A stretch of 62,479 bases of DNA, the filler included, from Stramenopiles sp. TOSAG23-3 (lineage: Eukaryota): assembly GCA_900128585.1 (NCBI GenBank). It is 8 parts of 8 records of this genome, joined end to end, with 100 filler letters (N's around TTAATTAATTAA, not from the genome) between each part and the next. Parts side by side here need not be neighbours in the genome. Positions count along the whole stretch, not along the records: positions 19,784 to 29,571 come from LT642882.1; positions 29,672 to 39,451 come from LT642883.1; 6 more parts are not named here. One strand, given 5' to 3'. Positions 20,894 to 31,261 of the stretch are shown piece after piece (position 1 is the first letter of the stretch; each line of letters opens with the position of its first letter). Under the pieces are notes generated by a model. It was not told the DNA's origin, ran no database searches, and saw only the letters and a list, made by a program, of their open reading frames with translations. Made by a program: the position numbers and the translations under genes.

Positions 20894-21022
20894 TTTCTTT
20901 GTTTGTTTCTTTGTTTGTTTCTTTGTTTGTTTCTTTGTTTCTTTCTTTGTTTCTTTGTTTCTTTGTTTCTTTGTTTCTTTGTTTGTTTGTTTGTTTGTTT
21001 GTTTGTTTGTTTGTTTGTTTTT
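20894..21022. repeat. Compound (TTTG/TTTC)n microsatellite
   Basis: Directly visible tandem tetramers. Confidence 0.95.
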
Positions 21023-21704
21023 TCCTCCCCGATCCATCCAAAACAAAATCAATGGTAGTTCCATGTTCTTAATCGTATAACCAGTCGATTCGATCTATAA
21101 ATTAAGAAAGTGATAACAGCTGATAGCTTCAGTTCGAGTACAAACAATTAAAATGTCTCTTTCTTCAGAATAAATAATGTAAAAAATAATTAGGATATTC
21201 CTTGGTTTCCGTTTCAATACAACTTAATAATACATATATAATCAAAACTATAACATATAAATAATATAAGTAAATAATTATTATATAAAACAGTTACATT
21301 CCTTTAACAGAATATTTTGATTCCAGATATTAAGGTAATATTTATTTAATGAAAATTAAATAAGTGTATAATATTGATATACTAAATATATTGACGAAAG
21401 AAACGGCAGCATGCCTTAATTTTTATCAAATATTCGTAAGAAGAAAGTAGTAATAATAAAAATTTATTATAATTTTTTTTATTTTTATTATTATTATTAT
21501 TATTATCATTATTAATTATCGGAGGAAGAAGAATGTTTTATTTCAATTATTTTGCATGAACAACTAAAAATAAGTATTGTTCAAAAGAAGTTTTACATGG
21601 TATTTGAGCCCAGGAAACAGTTTGTTCATTCTGCCTGGGTCAATAAAAACGTGCCGTTCCGAATAAGGTTTGTACGTGAAACGTTGAAAAGAAGTAATAC
21701 TGAT

Positions 21705-23462
21705 ATGGAACCGTTGGAACTTTTGCGGGAGGAGCTGGCAGAGAATGATACCGCCAAGCGTCGCGAGTCGTTGAAGCGTCTGTGCGACGTCGCGAAGGCG
21801 CTTGGGCCGGACAACACTCGTAGCAAGCTGGTACCGTTTATTGCAGAGCGTGTCGACGACGACGACGAGGTGCTTTTTCAACTTGCCACGCAGATGGGTG
21901 AGCTGGGGCCACTTGTGGGTGGCCCGGAACACGGTGCGTGCTTGCTGCCGACACTGGAGCAGTTGTGCCAAGTGGAAGAGACTGTGGTCCGGGATGCGGC
22001 CGTGAAGAGCATTTGTTCTGTGGTAGGAAGCTTGCCTGATGCAGTGGGCCAGGGATCGGCACTACCTCTAGTGTCCCGCCTTGCCAATGGCGACTGGTTC
22101 ACCGCCAAAGTCTCCGCGTGCGGGCTGATTGCGTCCGTGTACGCGAAGGCGACGGCGGCTGGAAGGCAGCAGCTTTTGCAGCTGTACTGTTCCCAGCTGG
22201 CGAAAGACGACACCCCTATGGTTCGCAGGGCTGCGGCTAAGGAGCTGGGGGCCGTCTGCGCCGCCGTCGAAGGGGCGGAGCAGCTGGCAAAGATCATCCC
22301 GCTGTACAAAGACCTTGCAATGGACGACCAGAACGAGTCGGTAAGACTATTGGCCCTTGAGCAGAGTGCCAAGTTAGCGAATTCGTTGAAGAACGTAAGC
22401 CCGGTCCTCGCCGTCGTGAAGCCGCAGTTCCAGGACTTGTCGTGGCGCGTGCGCAACAGCGTTGTAAAGAATTTCGGAGAGCTGTGCAATTCGTGCGGGG
22501 CGGAAGTCGCGACGAATGAGCTCAGCCCGCTTCTTCCCGCCCTGTTGGTGGACCCCGAGGCCGAAGTGCGCCTCTCGATATGCGAACAGTTAGTAGACGT
22601 GTGTGGTGTTATTGGAGCCGCGGAGTTTCGTAACACGTGCATGACGGCCTTGATGACCATAGCAGAGCAGCCCGACGAGGACCCGCGCATCAAAGCTGCG
22701 GCAGCGAGCGCAATCATGTTCGCCGCCCCAAAGCTCGGCAAAGATTTCTTGTCGTCCGAAAAGATGATGCCGTTCGTGAAGAAGCTGGTTAACCAGCCGA
22801 CGAACCCCACTGAAGTTACGGTAAAAGTCCTCCCTCACATGAGTGACATTCTATCGAATTTAGACATGGATGGCATACAGTCCTTTTGCATTGACGTCCT
22901 CGTGAAGATGCTGAACCCTGACCCAGAGACTGGGTTTGACTGGCGTGCCAGGGCGGCAGCGGCTCGCGCGCTGCCGGTCGCCGCAAAAGAGTTGCAGAAA
23001 GGTGGGGTAAGCCCGGAGACTTTTTACGAGAAGAATAAAATTTTCGACGCGTTCTTCGAAATGCTAAACGATAGGGTATCTCAAGTCCGGATCGCGTGTG
23101 CCGAGGCTGTCGGCACGTTCAACAAGGTCTTAGGCTCCGAGTGGACCGGGTCCACCGCCTTGCCATACATCACTCAGTTTTCTCAAGATATGAGTTATTT
23201 ACGTCGAATAGCGGCCATGAAGGCGGTGACCGCGCTGGCCTCGGACAAATCGTTGACGTTGCCGTGTCTGCGGTTGTACCAAGTAGGGTTGGGCGACAAA
23301 GTCGCCAACGTGCGCGTCGCGGCCCTCCAAGGGCTGACGGATGCGTACCAGCACGTCCAGGCTGGGAACATGGAAGAAATCACCGCCACGGTAAAGAAAA
23401 TGATAAATGACGAAGACGAAGACGTGAGGAATTACGCCGGAATATTTCTCAACGGTCTATAA
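21705..23462 (+). CDS. PPP2R1A: Protein phosphatase 2A scaffold (A/PR65) subunit, HEAT repeats
   Basis: 'DDDDEVLFQLATQMG..LVGGPEH..LLPTLEQLCQVEETVVRDAAV', 'LANGDWFTAKVSACGL', 'DDTPMVRRAAA', 'DLSWRVR', 'DKVANVR', 'DEDEDVR'. 585 aa from the ATG at 21705. Confidence 0.93.
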   Translation: MEPLELLREELAENDTAKRRESLKRLCDVAKALGPDNTRSKLVPFIAERVDDDDEVLFQLATQMGELGPLVGGPEHGACLLPTLEQLCQVEETVVRDAAVKSICSVVGSLPDAVGQGSALPLVSRLANGDWFTAKVSACGLIASVYAKATAAGRQQLLQLYCSQLAKDDTPMVRRAAAKELGAVCAAVEGAEQLAKIIPLYKDLAMDDQNESVRLLALEQSAKLANSLKNVSPVLAVVKPQFQDLSWRVRNSVVKNFGELCNSCGAEVATNELSPLLPALLVDPEAEVRLSICEQLVDVCGVIGAAEFRNTCMTALMTIAEQPDEDPRIKAAAASAIMFAAPKLGKDFLSSEKMMPFVKKLVNQPTNPTEVTVKVLPHMSDILSNLDMDGIQSFCIDVLVKMLNPDPETGFDWRARAAAARALPVAAKELQKGGVSPETFYEKNKIFDAFFEMLNDRVSQVRIACAEAVGTFNKVLGSEWTGSTALPYITQFSQDMSYLRRIAAMKAVTALASDKSLTLPCLRLYQVGLGDKVANVRVAALQGLTDAYQHVQAGNMEEITATVKKMINDEDEDVRNYAGIFLNGL

Positions 23463-24044
23463 ATATTGAAAAAAGAAAACACGTAAAAAATATATGGTGT
23501 TTTGTGTTTTAAAAAATTAAAAGAGAAAAGTACTGTGTCGTCTCAAAAAGTATTATAAGAACACGCACGACACCCCTCCTAACGCGGAACGTGGGCCCCG
23601 TGGGTGTCGCGTTATATAATGTTAAAACTTTCCCAATTATCTATCCCGCAGTCCTTCTTCTCTTCAAAATAAAAACATTGTATTTGTAATAATTACCTAT
23701 ATAAATTGGTATTGTAAAAATAAAATGTGTTTTTTTGTTTTTTCATCGTCGTTTTACCTGTTATTATATTATAATGCTATTTCCTCCTTCTCCCCTTCTT
23801 TCTTTTGTTTTTCAAAAAAAAACAACAACAACAACACAAAAAAAACAAATAATTTCAAATGTTACCTTTTTTTTGTTATGTATTTCGTCTTCGTATATAA
23901 TAAAGGACTAAGCTATACAATTTCAGAACACTTAAGAACAGACCGGCAGCATTGTTTGTTTTATTCAGAACACGTTCGAAAACAAACAATTGATAGATTC
24001 TATTCTTATTGGAAGCCCGAGTATCCACCAGGCAGGACGTTAGG

Positions 24045-24989
24045 ATGAGTTCTCTTGCGAGTGACCGCAACAAACTTGGTCTAATGCAAGCCGCCGCGGC
24101 CGCTTATACAAATACTTCAGCCATTTTAAATGGGACGAGGTTGATCCAGGGGCAGGTGGACCATACCGTTCAACTCGGGAAACGTGTGGTCGCACACCCC
24201 GAAGATATGTTAGAAATGAAGGACACTTTCAAACAATTTGGTAACGGGGATGTGTTTCAGTTAGACAAATGTGTTGTTTGTGCGAGATTGGTAACACACG
24301 GGGACCTCGGCATTGACCACATTCTTTACTATTACGAGGGAGACGAGAATCGGAACACAGCAAAGGTTCGAAGCATACCGCGCATGTGGTGCGTGACCTG
24401 CACAAAAAAGCGCGCCAAATTTCTAAAGAAACCATACCTAAAATCTAGAGAGACTACGTCGTGGAAAGAGGAGTTTATAAATTTCGCCAAAGAAGTTCAA
24501 GAGAAGGCCATGGAACAGGCGGCAGACGAGGCGGAACAAGCCAAACCGAAGAATGCAGAAACGGAAATGGCATGGACATGGATTGAAAATGCACTTTGCA
24601 ACGAATCGAACCCACTGGTATTCGAAAAAAGCAGCTACAGGTTTCGGGTCGTTTCTTGCGAGCCAGCCGGTGCGTATGAACCGGAAACTGGATCCTTCGA
24701 CTTCAACATTACCGTCACGTACGAAAGCAAGACGGTGTTACGGAATGGGACCGACGTGAATGCGACCGGCACCAGTGTCCTGAGGAAAAGTAGTGCGGAT
24801 GGCAAAGATGCTGACGTAGTCGTGAAATTAGGATCTTGCGAGTTGAACACTGGCGATGCTTCCTATGAACCAGAAGTTACCGAAATGATGCTAAAGAAGT
24901 GTGAGGTGATGAGCAAGCTGTATAACAAAAAGGTGGTCCCATTGGCATGGGACCGTTTGAAAGGATTAAAAGACTCGCTCGGAGATTGA
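24045..24989 (+). CDS. Hypothetical protein with an HNH-like CxxC..IDHI..CxxC zinc finger and a possible Aha1_N-like C-terminal domain
   Basis: 314-aa ORF containing 'CVVC...LGIDHI...CVTC'. The C-terminal assignment is a weak resemblance only. Confidence 0.7.
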   Translation: MSSLASDRNKLGLMQAAAAAYTNTSAILNGTRLIQGQVDHTVQLGKRVVAHPEDMLEMKDTFKQFGNGDVFQLDKCVVCARLVTHGDLGIDHILYYYEGDENRNTAKVRSIPRMWCVTCTKKRAKFLKKPYLKSRETTSWKEEFINFAKEVQEKAMEQAADEAEQAKPKNAETEMAWTWIENALCNESNPLVFEKSSYRFRVVSCEPAGAYEPETGSFDFNITVTYESKTVLRNGTDVNATGTSVLRKSSADGKDADVVVKLGSCELNTGDASYEPEVTEMMLKKCEVMSKLYNKKVVPLAWDRLKGLKDSLGD

Positions 24990-26077
24990 AGGACTCGGAG
25001 TTGGAAACGCAGGACGACGTGTTGCGGGCTATTTGATTGTAAACCACTCAGGTTAATTTTCTTTTCTCTCTCTCAAAATTTTCTTTTATCTTGTCGCTAT
25101 TGTCAATGTCCACATCATCAAAAATTAAATTATAATCGAGCACTAGTAAGATAAATACAAAATGTTTATTTTTCTTAGAATACATCATTTTTGGATTTTT
25201 CATCATTTCTTTTTTTTTTTTTATTTGGTCTTGGTAATATTTTGTTGTACGATGTACATTGAGGCCGACCCAACCCAACCCGACAACCCGACCTCTTCTT
25301 CCTCTTCCCTGTTCCCTGTTCCCTGTACCTGGTACTGTATATAATACCTGTATATGTGATTGAATACAAGTATATTAATTCATAGTTTATAATTTAAAGT
25401 CTCTCCCTGTATTCTTTTTCTTTTCTTTTCTACTTCTACCTCCTTTCTACCTCCTTTCTACTTCCTTCCTACTGAGTAGGTATAATAATAGGTGGGCTAT
25501 GTTAGACTAGTTATTAGGCTAATCAATCTAATCCTCAATTTAAAAAAAATCCAACAAGTTTTAAAAAATCCAAGTAGTTGTTATAGCCATAATATTAAGA
25601 TCCTCCGAAAATCGGAAAAAAAAGAAGTGTGATGTTTCTGGTGCTTCACTATTGGCTGTATTGTTTTATTTTGGTAGTGTCTATTATTAGGGGTATCATC
25701 TCTTTTAATATAATAATACCAGGACTTCGTGGAGTCAGTCTAAAATATAAATAAAAAGAAGAATCCCTGTCAGAACAACAGAACAACTGTCACAATTATA
25801 TAAATTAAGGAAGAATTATTCAAAAAGATATTATTGTATTTTTATGTTATAGGTAGTTAATAAGTACTATTGGAAAATTATTCCTAAATTATCGTACGTA
25901 TTTATCACCTTACTTATCAAGTACCCGCCAATCTTGCAAATTGTGTACATTTGTGGTCGTGAGTCGTTACAATCCAAATATTTCCTTGTTGAGAATGATT
26001 AACAGAGAAGTTTCTGTGTTCCGGGCTGATCGAGGCGTGTTCCTGTTGTGGGTCTCGTAGAGCTCTCATAGTAGAGG

Positions 26078-26725
26078 ATGCCTCCCAAGGAAACGCTGCT
26101 GCGCGGGGGAGAAGAGTTTTGTGTACCGACTACGGAAAAAAAAATCTTCGTATGCGATGTGCCAGGGTGTAAGCAAACGGCAACGACCAGAAATAGTTTG
26201 AAACGGCACAAAGCGGATGTTCATGATATTGATACGGTCTGGTATTCGTGTGACCTTTGTGACTACCGCAGCAAAAGAAATAGTAACTTGAAACGCCATA
26301 GGGCGGACCGTCACGATATAAACGTTCGTTGGTTTTCTTGTCCGCACTGCCCGCACAGGTGCAAAAACAATTCGGATTTAAAGCGCCATCTAGCGGATCG
26401 GCACAGCATAGGATTAGTGTGGCATGGGTGCCCTATCCCAAGGTGTTCGTACAAGAGCAAGCAGAAAGGCCACTTGAGGAGTCATATTCGTGCGAAACAC
26501 CCAGACTCGTCGGCAAAAAAGAAGAAAAGAAAATCCGAACCGAAAACGCCTGTCATTGCTGATGTTGATGCTAACATCATTGACACTCTTGTAAATATGG
26601 GAAATACTGCTCGGCTCCCAAAGAAGAAGAAAAGAGGACGCCCCGCAGGGTCCCGAAACGCTACCTCGAAAGCGAAGAAGAAAAAACGGGAAAAAGTCCA
26701 AAAACCAAAGAAATATAACGTCTGA
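26078..26725 (+). CDS. C2H2 zinc-finger protein (4 fingers) with AT-hook and basic NLS-like tracts
   Basis: CDVPGC..LKRHKADVH, CDLC..LKRHRADRH, CPHC..LKRHLADRH, CPIPRC..LRSHIRAKH; 'KKRGRP' AT-hook. Confidence 0.92.
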   Translation: MPPKETLLRGGEEFCVPTTEKKIFVCDVPGCKQTATTRNSLKRHKADVHDIDTVWYSCDLCDYRSKRNSNLKRHRADRHDINVRWFSCPHCPHRCKNNSDLKRHLADRHSIGLVWHGCPIPRCSYKSKQKGHLRSHIRAKHPDSSAKKKKRKSEPKTPVIADVDANIIDTLVNMGNTARLPKKKKRGRPAGSRNATSKAKKKKREKVQKPKKYNV

Positions 26726-27793
26726 CCAGATAGTGTTGGGGGAAGTGAAGAATACTCAGCATGTCCCTCCTGCGGTGCAGGTCCGTCTGAAGGTTTTATT
26801 CGCAGATTCGTACATTTTGGTAGGTTTAGATTGATTTCATGAGAATGCATCCATAAAGAGGGCCTGCACAGTCCCTTTCAAACGGTAATCAGTTACGGAA
26901 AAAAAATGCCCAGGCGGCGGGAGAAAAACAATTACCGATGTCGGTGGGTCGGAAGAGGTTCTATAGAGAAGCATACTTTAAATAAGGGCATTTTAGCGGC
27001 TTTAAAATTGCCAGGCCGCTAGACCGATGAAATGCATTTAGTGGATGATTGGGTTTTGAAGTATTAGTGCGTTGCCTTTGTTAAAAAAGTTAGTAGGTTA
27101 AAAAATTAAGTCTTAAAAAAATAAAATAAACAAAGTTAGACCTAAATTCCAGCCATATTTATTATTTTTTTGTTTTATTGTTTTTTAAAGGAAAGTACAC
27201 CAAGTTAGGTCATCCCATAATTGTTTTTTTTTAAAACTTGGGAAGAAGAAAGAAGAAAAGAAGAAAAAAATATAAATAAAAATCATTAGTTTTTTTTTTA
27301 TATAAATTATTATTATTATTTCTCTAATCTTTCTGATCATGCGAGATGCAACATGCAACACCATTAGGCAATTAACACTAAAAAACAATTGAGTATTTTA
27401 AGGAAGCGGTATGCCTATTATATGTATAAAATCGTATTATTGTAAAGAATGAAAATAGTTTAGCTTTGAACCTTTTTTTTTATGAATTTAAATTATAACT
27501 ACGGTACCGAACAAGGCCCCTCCCCCCAGGCATGACAATTAACAAACAACAAATTAGTATTAAATATACATTAAAGCATACGGTATATAATTTGTTTTTT
27601 CAATATAAAATACCTGAATGAAGTTTAGTGCAAACCTAATAATGGCATCGTCGCGTTAGGAAAAATCCCCAAATTAATTGCTCTTATCTTGATGTATGTG
27701 CTGTAGTTCGATTCTATTTAATATATTATGTACACACCCCATCCCTACACCACGCCATTTTGTCTCTGTTTTTTAATCATCAAAAATTGTCCC

Positions 27794-28474
27794 TCACTTG
27801 GATACAAAACTCTGATAACACAAGAAATTTTTATCCAGGTTTTTCATCTCGGCCTGCAGCTGTTCATTCAATTCTGTCAAGCGGCCGCACTGCTGTTGGA
27901 GGAGATCGAGCGGCGACCGACCTTCGTCGCTGATGCGTTGACCCCCCACCATTCCATTGTTTGTTTCAACTAGAGCCACGGCCTTGTTGGGAGTTGAAGG
28001 CTTTTTTTTTAGCGACGGAAAAATTTCTAACGGCTGTGACCAGGAACCCAGGTTTTGGTGGTGAGGTTGTGCCAGTGCCAGGGTACCCATACTTCTATTT
28101 GCAGCAGAAAAGGATGGCTGCAACAAAGAAATACGCTCCTCGAGATGATTGTTACCCGACTGCAGCACTTTTAGCCCTTGTCGCAGAATAGCGTCTTCCT
28201 CCGCGTGCAGTCCTTGAGCGTACCTTATCAGCTCGGCGGCGTGTTTCACGGAGGAGCGAACCATCTCTTCCTCTTCCCTATTTACGGATGGCTTGGCCTC
28301 TTCTTGGGCGCAGGGGAATTTTTCTTTTTCGACCCTACTGTTTATGTACACTTGTTCTGTAGAATTATCTGTGGCCATCTGCAGCACTGAAATAGCATTT
28401 TCCATGCTTTTTACAATACCTTCCGCGAGCTCCAAACTAACGGTCTCGTTCGAGAGAGGTGTCTGGGAATTCAT
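27794..28474 (-). CDS. Hypothetical coiled-coil protein
   Basis: 226-aa ATG ORF occupying a GC island, with a heptad-like C-terminus. Confidence 0.65.
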   Translation of the reverse strand: MNSQTPLSNETVSLELAEGIVKSMENAISVLQMATDNSTEQVYINSRVEKEKFPCAQEEAKPSVNREEEEMVRSSVKHAAELIRYAQGLHAEEDAILRQGLKVLQSGNNHLEERISLLQPSFSAANRSMGTLALAQPHHQNLGSWSQPLEIFPSLKKKPSTPNKAVALVETNNGMVGGQRISDEGRSPLDLLQQQCGRLTELNEQLQAEMKNLDKNFLCYQSFVSK

Positions 28475-29135
28475 GGCTTCCCCCAGTTAGACTTGCATTT
28501 TCAAGCCAAGGGGCAACACTAAAAAAATAGTGGAACCGAAAACCGTACAGACCGATTTCCAAATCTTTTTTCGTTTCTCCTTGAACGAAGAAAAACAAGC
28601 AATTGATTTTTTAGTTTGTTGCAGATCCTCATCATTGCAAGTAGTACTGGTAGTACCAGGTTTTCAACCGTACCGTACTCTACAGGTACGGTACGTTCCA
28701 ACGGTGGTTTTATACATGTACACAGGTAGAGGTATTAATAGAGCCTCGACCCTCGACATTTATAACCCTAATTTTGTTTTAAGTATAAGAACTCGTATTG
28801 TGTGGTTCCAGTCAAATAATAATAATGGTATTATCAAATATTAGTAACAAATCAGGGGGGTACTACCGTACTATTAATACCAAGGTACCTTGGTACCAAC
28901 AACGAGATCTCTCCCACCAACATAGTTACAACAGAAAATGCAAAAAAACCGCGGTACGTACCTAAATATTTAAGTAGTCAGGATTTGTGGGATGTCGTCG
29001 GGGATTTCAATTTCAATTCTGCTGAGGGCCCTAACTTATTGTTCTACTTAAAGGTAAAGTACCAACGAAAGGATATTTTTTAGTTCTTCCTAATTGTTGT
29101 ACCCTGGAGCAGCAATTTTTCTCACAAGTACACAT

Positions 29136-29571
29136 TCAAGGAAGATTCAAGGAAGATTCCTGTTGGAACAAAACCTGCTTGATCGACCCATCCGTGTTAA
29201 AATCAAGGATGGCCCAGTAGAGCAGGTCATGGTTTCTAGGGTTTCCTGGTTGCGTGGAGGTGACCCATTGATTCCCAAGCCAAACATATTGGTCGAATTC
29301 AGCTGTTGGGTCAGAGACAGAAAACACGGCACTGGCTTGTGCCCTGGTGACATAATTTTCTTCTGAATGTGGGTCGAAATGTTTCTGTTTCGGGTTTGTA
29401 CCTATCTCCCCACGGAATTCATAAGGCCCGAGCGGGTGCTCAGACGTCAGCACGTAAATCGACGACCCACCTTTACAGGCGCAGCATGACGTTCCCGGCA
29501 AAATATAATAAGTACCATTTCGCTTGAAAAATGTTGGCCCTTCACTTGGTTTAGGAGTCTTGAATTCACCG
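29136..29571 (-). CDS. Glycoside hydrolase family 43 (GH43_24-like), C-terminal part, 5'-truncated
   Basis: Open from the contig edge: 'SEGPTFFKRNGTYYILPGTSCCACKGGSSIYVLTSEHPLGPY...AQASAVF...YVWLGNQW'. Confidence 0.8.
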
Positions 29572-29671
29572 NNNNNNNNNNNNNNNNNNNNNNNNNNNNN
29601 NNNNNNNNNNNNNNNTTAATTAATTAANNNNNNNNNNNNNNNNNNNNNNNNNNNNNNNNNNNNNNNNNNNN
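29572..29671. other. Artificial contig linker
   Basis: N-TTAATTAATTAA-N, 100 bp. Confidence 0.98.
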
Positions 29672-29708
29672 AAGCGAGTCGGCAAACTCGAAAATTCAAC
29701 AATAATTA

Positions 29709-31046
29709 ATGTACCTCATTGGTGGTGGAGTTTACGCATATAGCGATTGTGCAGCTTTCAATTCAACGGTTGCAATAATGGCCGATAGTCCGCTTCTTTC
29801 CCAGCAGCAGCGAAAAAGTGGCTCTGGGTTACCCACAAAAGGGTTTGATGAAATATATAATTTTCGGTCGCTTGCAGATACCTCTTCCGCTTTTAAGAGT
29901 CGCAATGTAAACATATTCAGGTGCGCGTTAACTTGCAACGCCACCGAAAAGGATTGTGAAAGGTTTAAAAAGCGTTTCGGGATTAAGACTATCATTAATT
30001 TGCGAGGGAAAAAAAAGGGAGGGGAAAACAAACTCAGCGGCGGTGACAATAGGCTCGATACCTATTTCCCCGATGATACGGATACAAGCAAGCTAACTTT
30101 GGGGGAAGCTGGAACAATTCGAGCAGGGAATCACCGGCTTATCCGTTTCAATATGTTTACAAAGGCTACCCGGACTGCCGTGACGAAAAAAATGAAGACT
30201 TTGAAGTTTATTTTCGTCGCTTTGATCGCCGGTGCTGCCTACTCGTTCTCAGCAGTCTCGAAATATATCCTTCTTGGCTTTTTTCGAGATACAATAAAGG
30301 ATTACTGTAACTACATTTACGCATTTTGTTTTAAGCGCGTTGTGGGGATGTTTGGTATGAAAGAAGGTGGACCCTTAGGTTATACATACGAGTGCATGCT
30401 GCAGGGCTCAACGGAACCAATTGTAGACATTCTAAAGCTCGTTGCGGAGCCAAAAAATAGGCCCTGCGCAATTCATTGCACCTCAGGCAAAGATCGTACA
30501 GGTTTGATTTGTATGCTACTTCTCGGTGCTGTCGGTACCCCAGAGGAGAATATCATTCAAGACTACCACCAATCTCACAAATGGGGTTTATCATCCAGGC
30601 ATACAGAGATCACCGGGTACGGGAGCAACAAATACGTTGACGAAGCAAGCCATACAGCATTTGCGGCGCCGAAAGAGGCGATGGAAGCAGCCATCCGTTA
30701 CTTGAAGAAAACACACGGAGGGATAATGGGCTACTTGGATCATATTGGCTTTGATGAATCGTGGCGCGAAAAACTCAAAATTTCAGATGGAAAAAATAGT
30801 GGCGAGTTAATGTCAGTATTGTCTCAGCGCCGACGGAAATCAGAGAGCGGGACTGTCTTGGAGTCTTCCCCGTCAAACATCATTGCTGACGCCTCTCATC
30901 GTGTTAGGAAGGACGAGGTCTTTATCGAAGAAAGCGAAGGGGGACTTAGTGATGGCGAGGAAGACATAAGCGAAGAAGTGAGCAACGAACTCAAAACCAT
31001 TTTAAAACGGAGAAGACGCCGTTCCTCTGTTAAAATAAAAAATTAA
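29709..31046 (+). CDS. Tyrosine/lipid phosphatase, Y_phosphatase3 (IphP/PtpB-like) family; alternative start at 29778
   Basis: 'NFRSL', 'GIKTIINLR', catalytic 'HCTSGKDRTG', 'IIQDYHQS', 'GGIMGYLDHIGF'. Confidence 0.92.
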   Translation: MYLIGGGVYAYSDCAAFNSTVAIMADSPLLSQQQRKSGSGLPTKGFDEIYNFRSLADTSSAFKSRNVNIFRCALTCNATEKDCERFKKRFGIKTIINLRGKKKGGENKLSGGDNRLDTYFPDDTDTSKLTLGEAGTIRAGNHRLIRFNMFTKATRTAVTKKMKTLKFIFVALIAGAAYSFSAVSKYILLGFFRDTIKDYCNYIYAFCFKRVVGMFGMKEGGPLGYTYECMLQGSTEPIVDILKLVAEPKNRPCAIHCTSGKDRTGLICMLLLGAVGTPEENIIQDYHQSHKWGLSSRHTEITGYGSNKYVDEASHTAFAAPKEAMEAAIRYLKKTHGGIMGYLDHIGFDESWREKLKISDGKNSGELMSVLSQRRRKSESGTVLESSPSNIIADASHRVRKDEVFIEESEGGLSDGEEDISEEVSNELKTILKRRRRRSSVKIKN

Positions 31047-31261
31047 ACATTCGCTAAATTGTTTTGAAGATGCTTTAAATAATCTTATGGTTTCATGCAC
31101 GGTTTTACCCCAAAAGGCATATCCCAGAGAATTCTTGCACTCGTCCTCTTATATTTTGAAACCCACGTTACCCCGTGGACAAATCAACTGGCATACCTTT
31201 GCGCACTAATTGTGCGCGCAAAGAATTGACTCTCGCAACTTTTGGGGCTTGATAATTTTAA

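Noticed and set aside
20835-21072. Short ORFs over microsatellites (also 44114-44323, 55461-55691, 13789-14137, 62093-62421)
   Set aside because: These are translations of simple repeats or AT-rich spacers.
26723-26842. TGA readthrough or selenocysteine extension of the zinc-finger ORF (…V*PDSVGGSEEYSACPSCG…)
   Set aside because: Short, no recognisable domain, and no SECIS identified.
19784-29571. 9.8-kb DNA transposon or Polinton with 79-bp TIRs
   Set aside because: The 'TIR' is GH43 coding sequence, the cargo includes a housekeeping gene (PP2A-A), and no transposase or integrase is visible.
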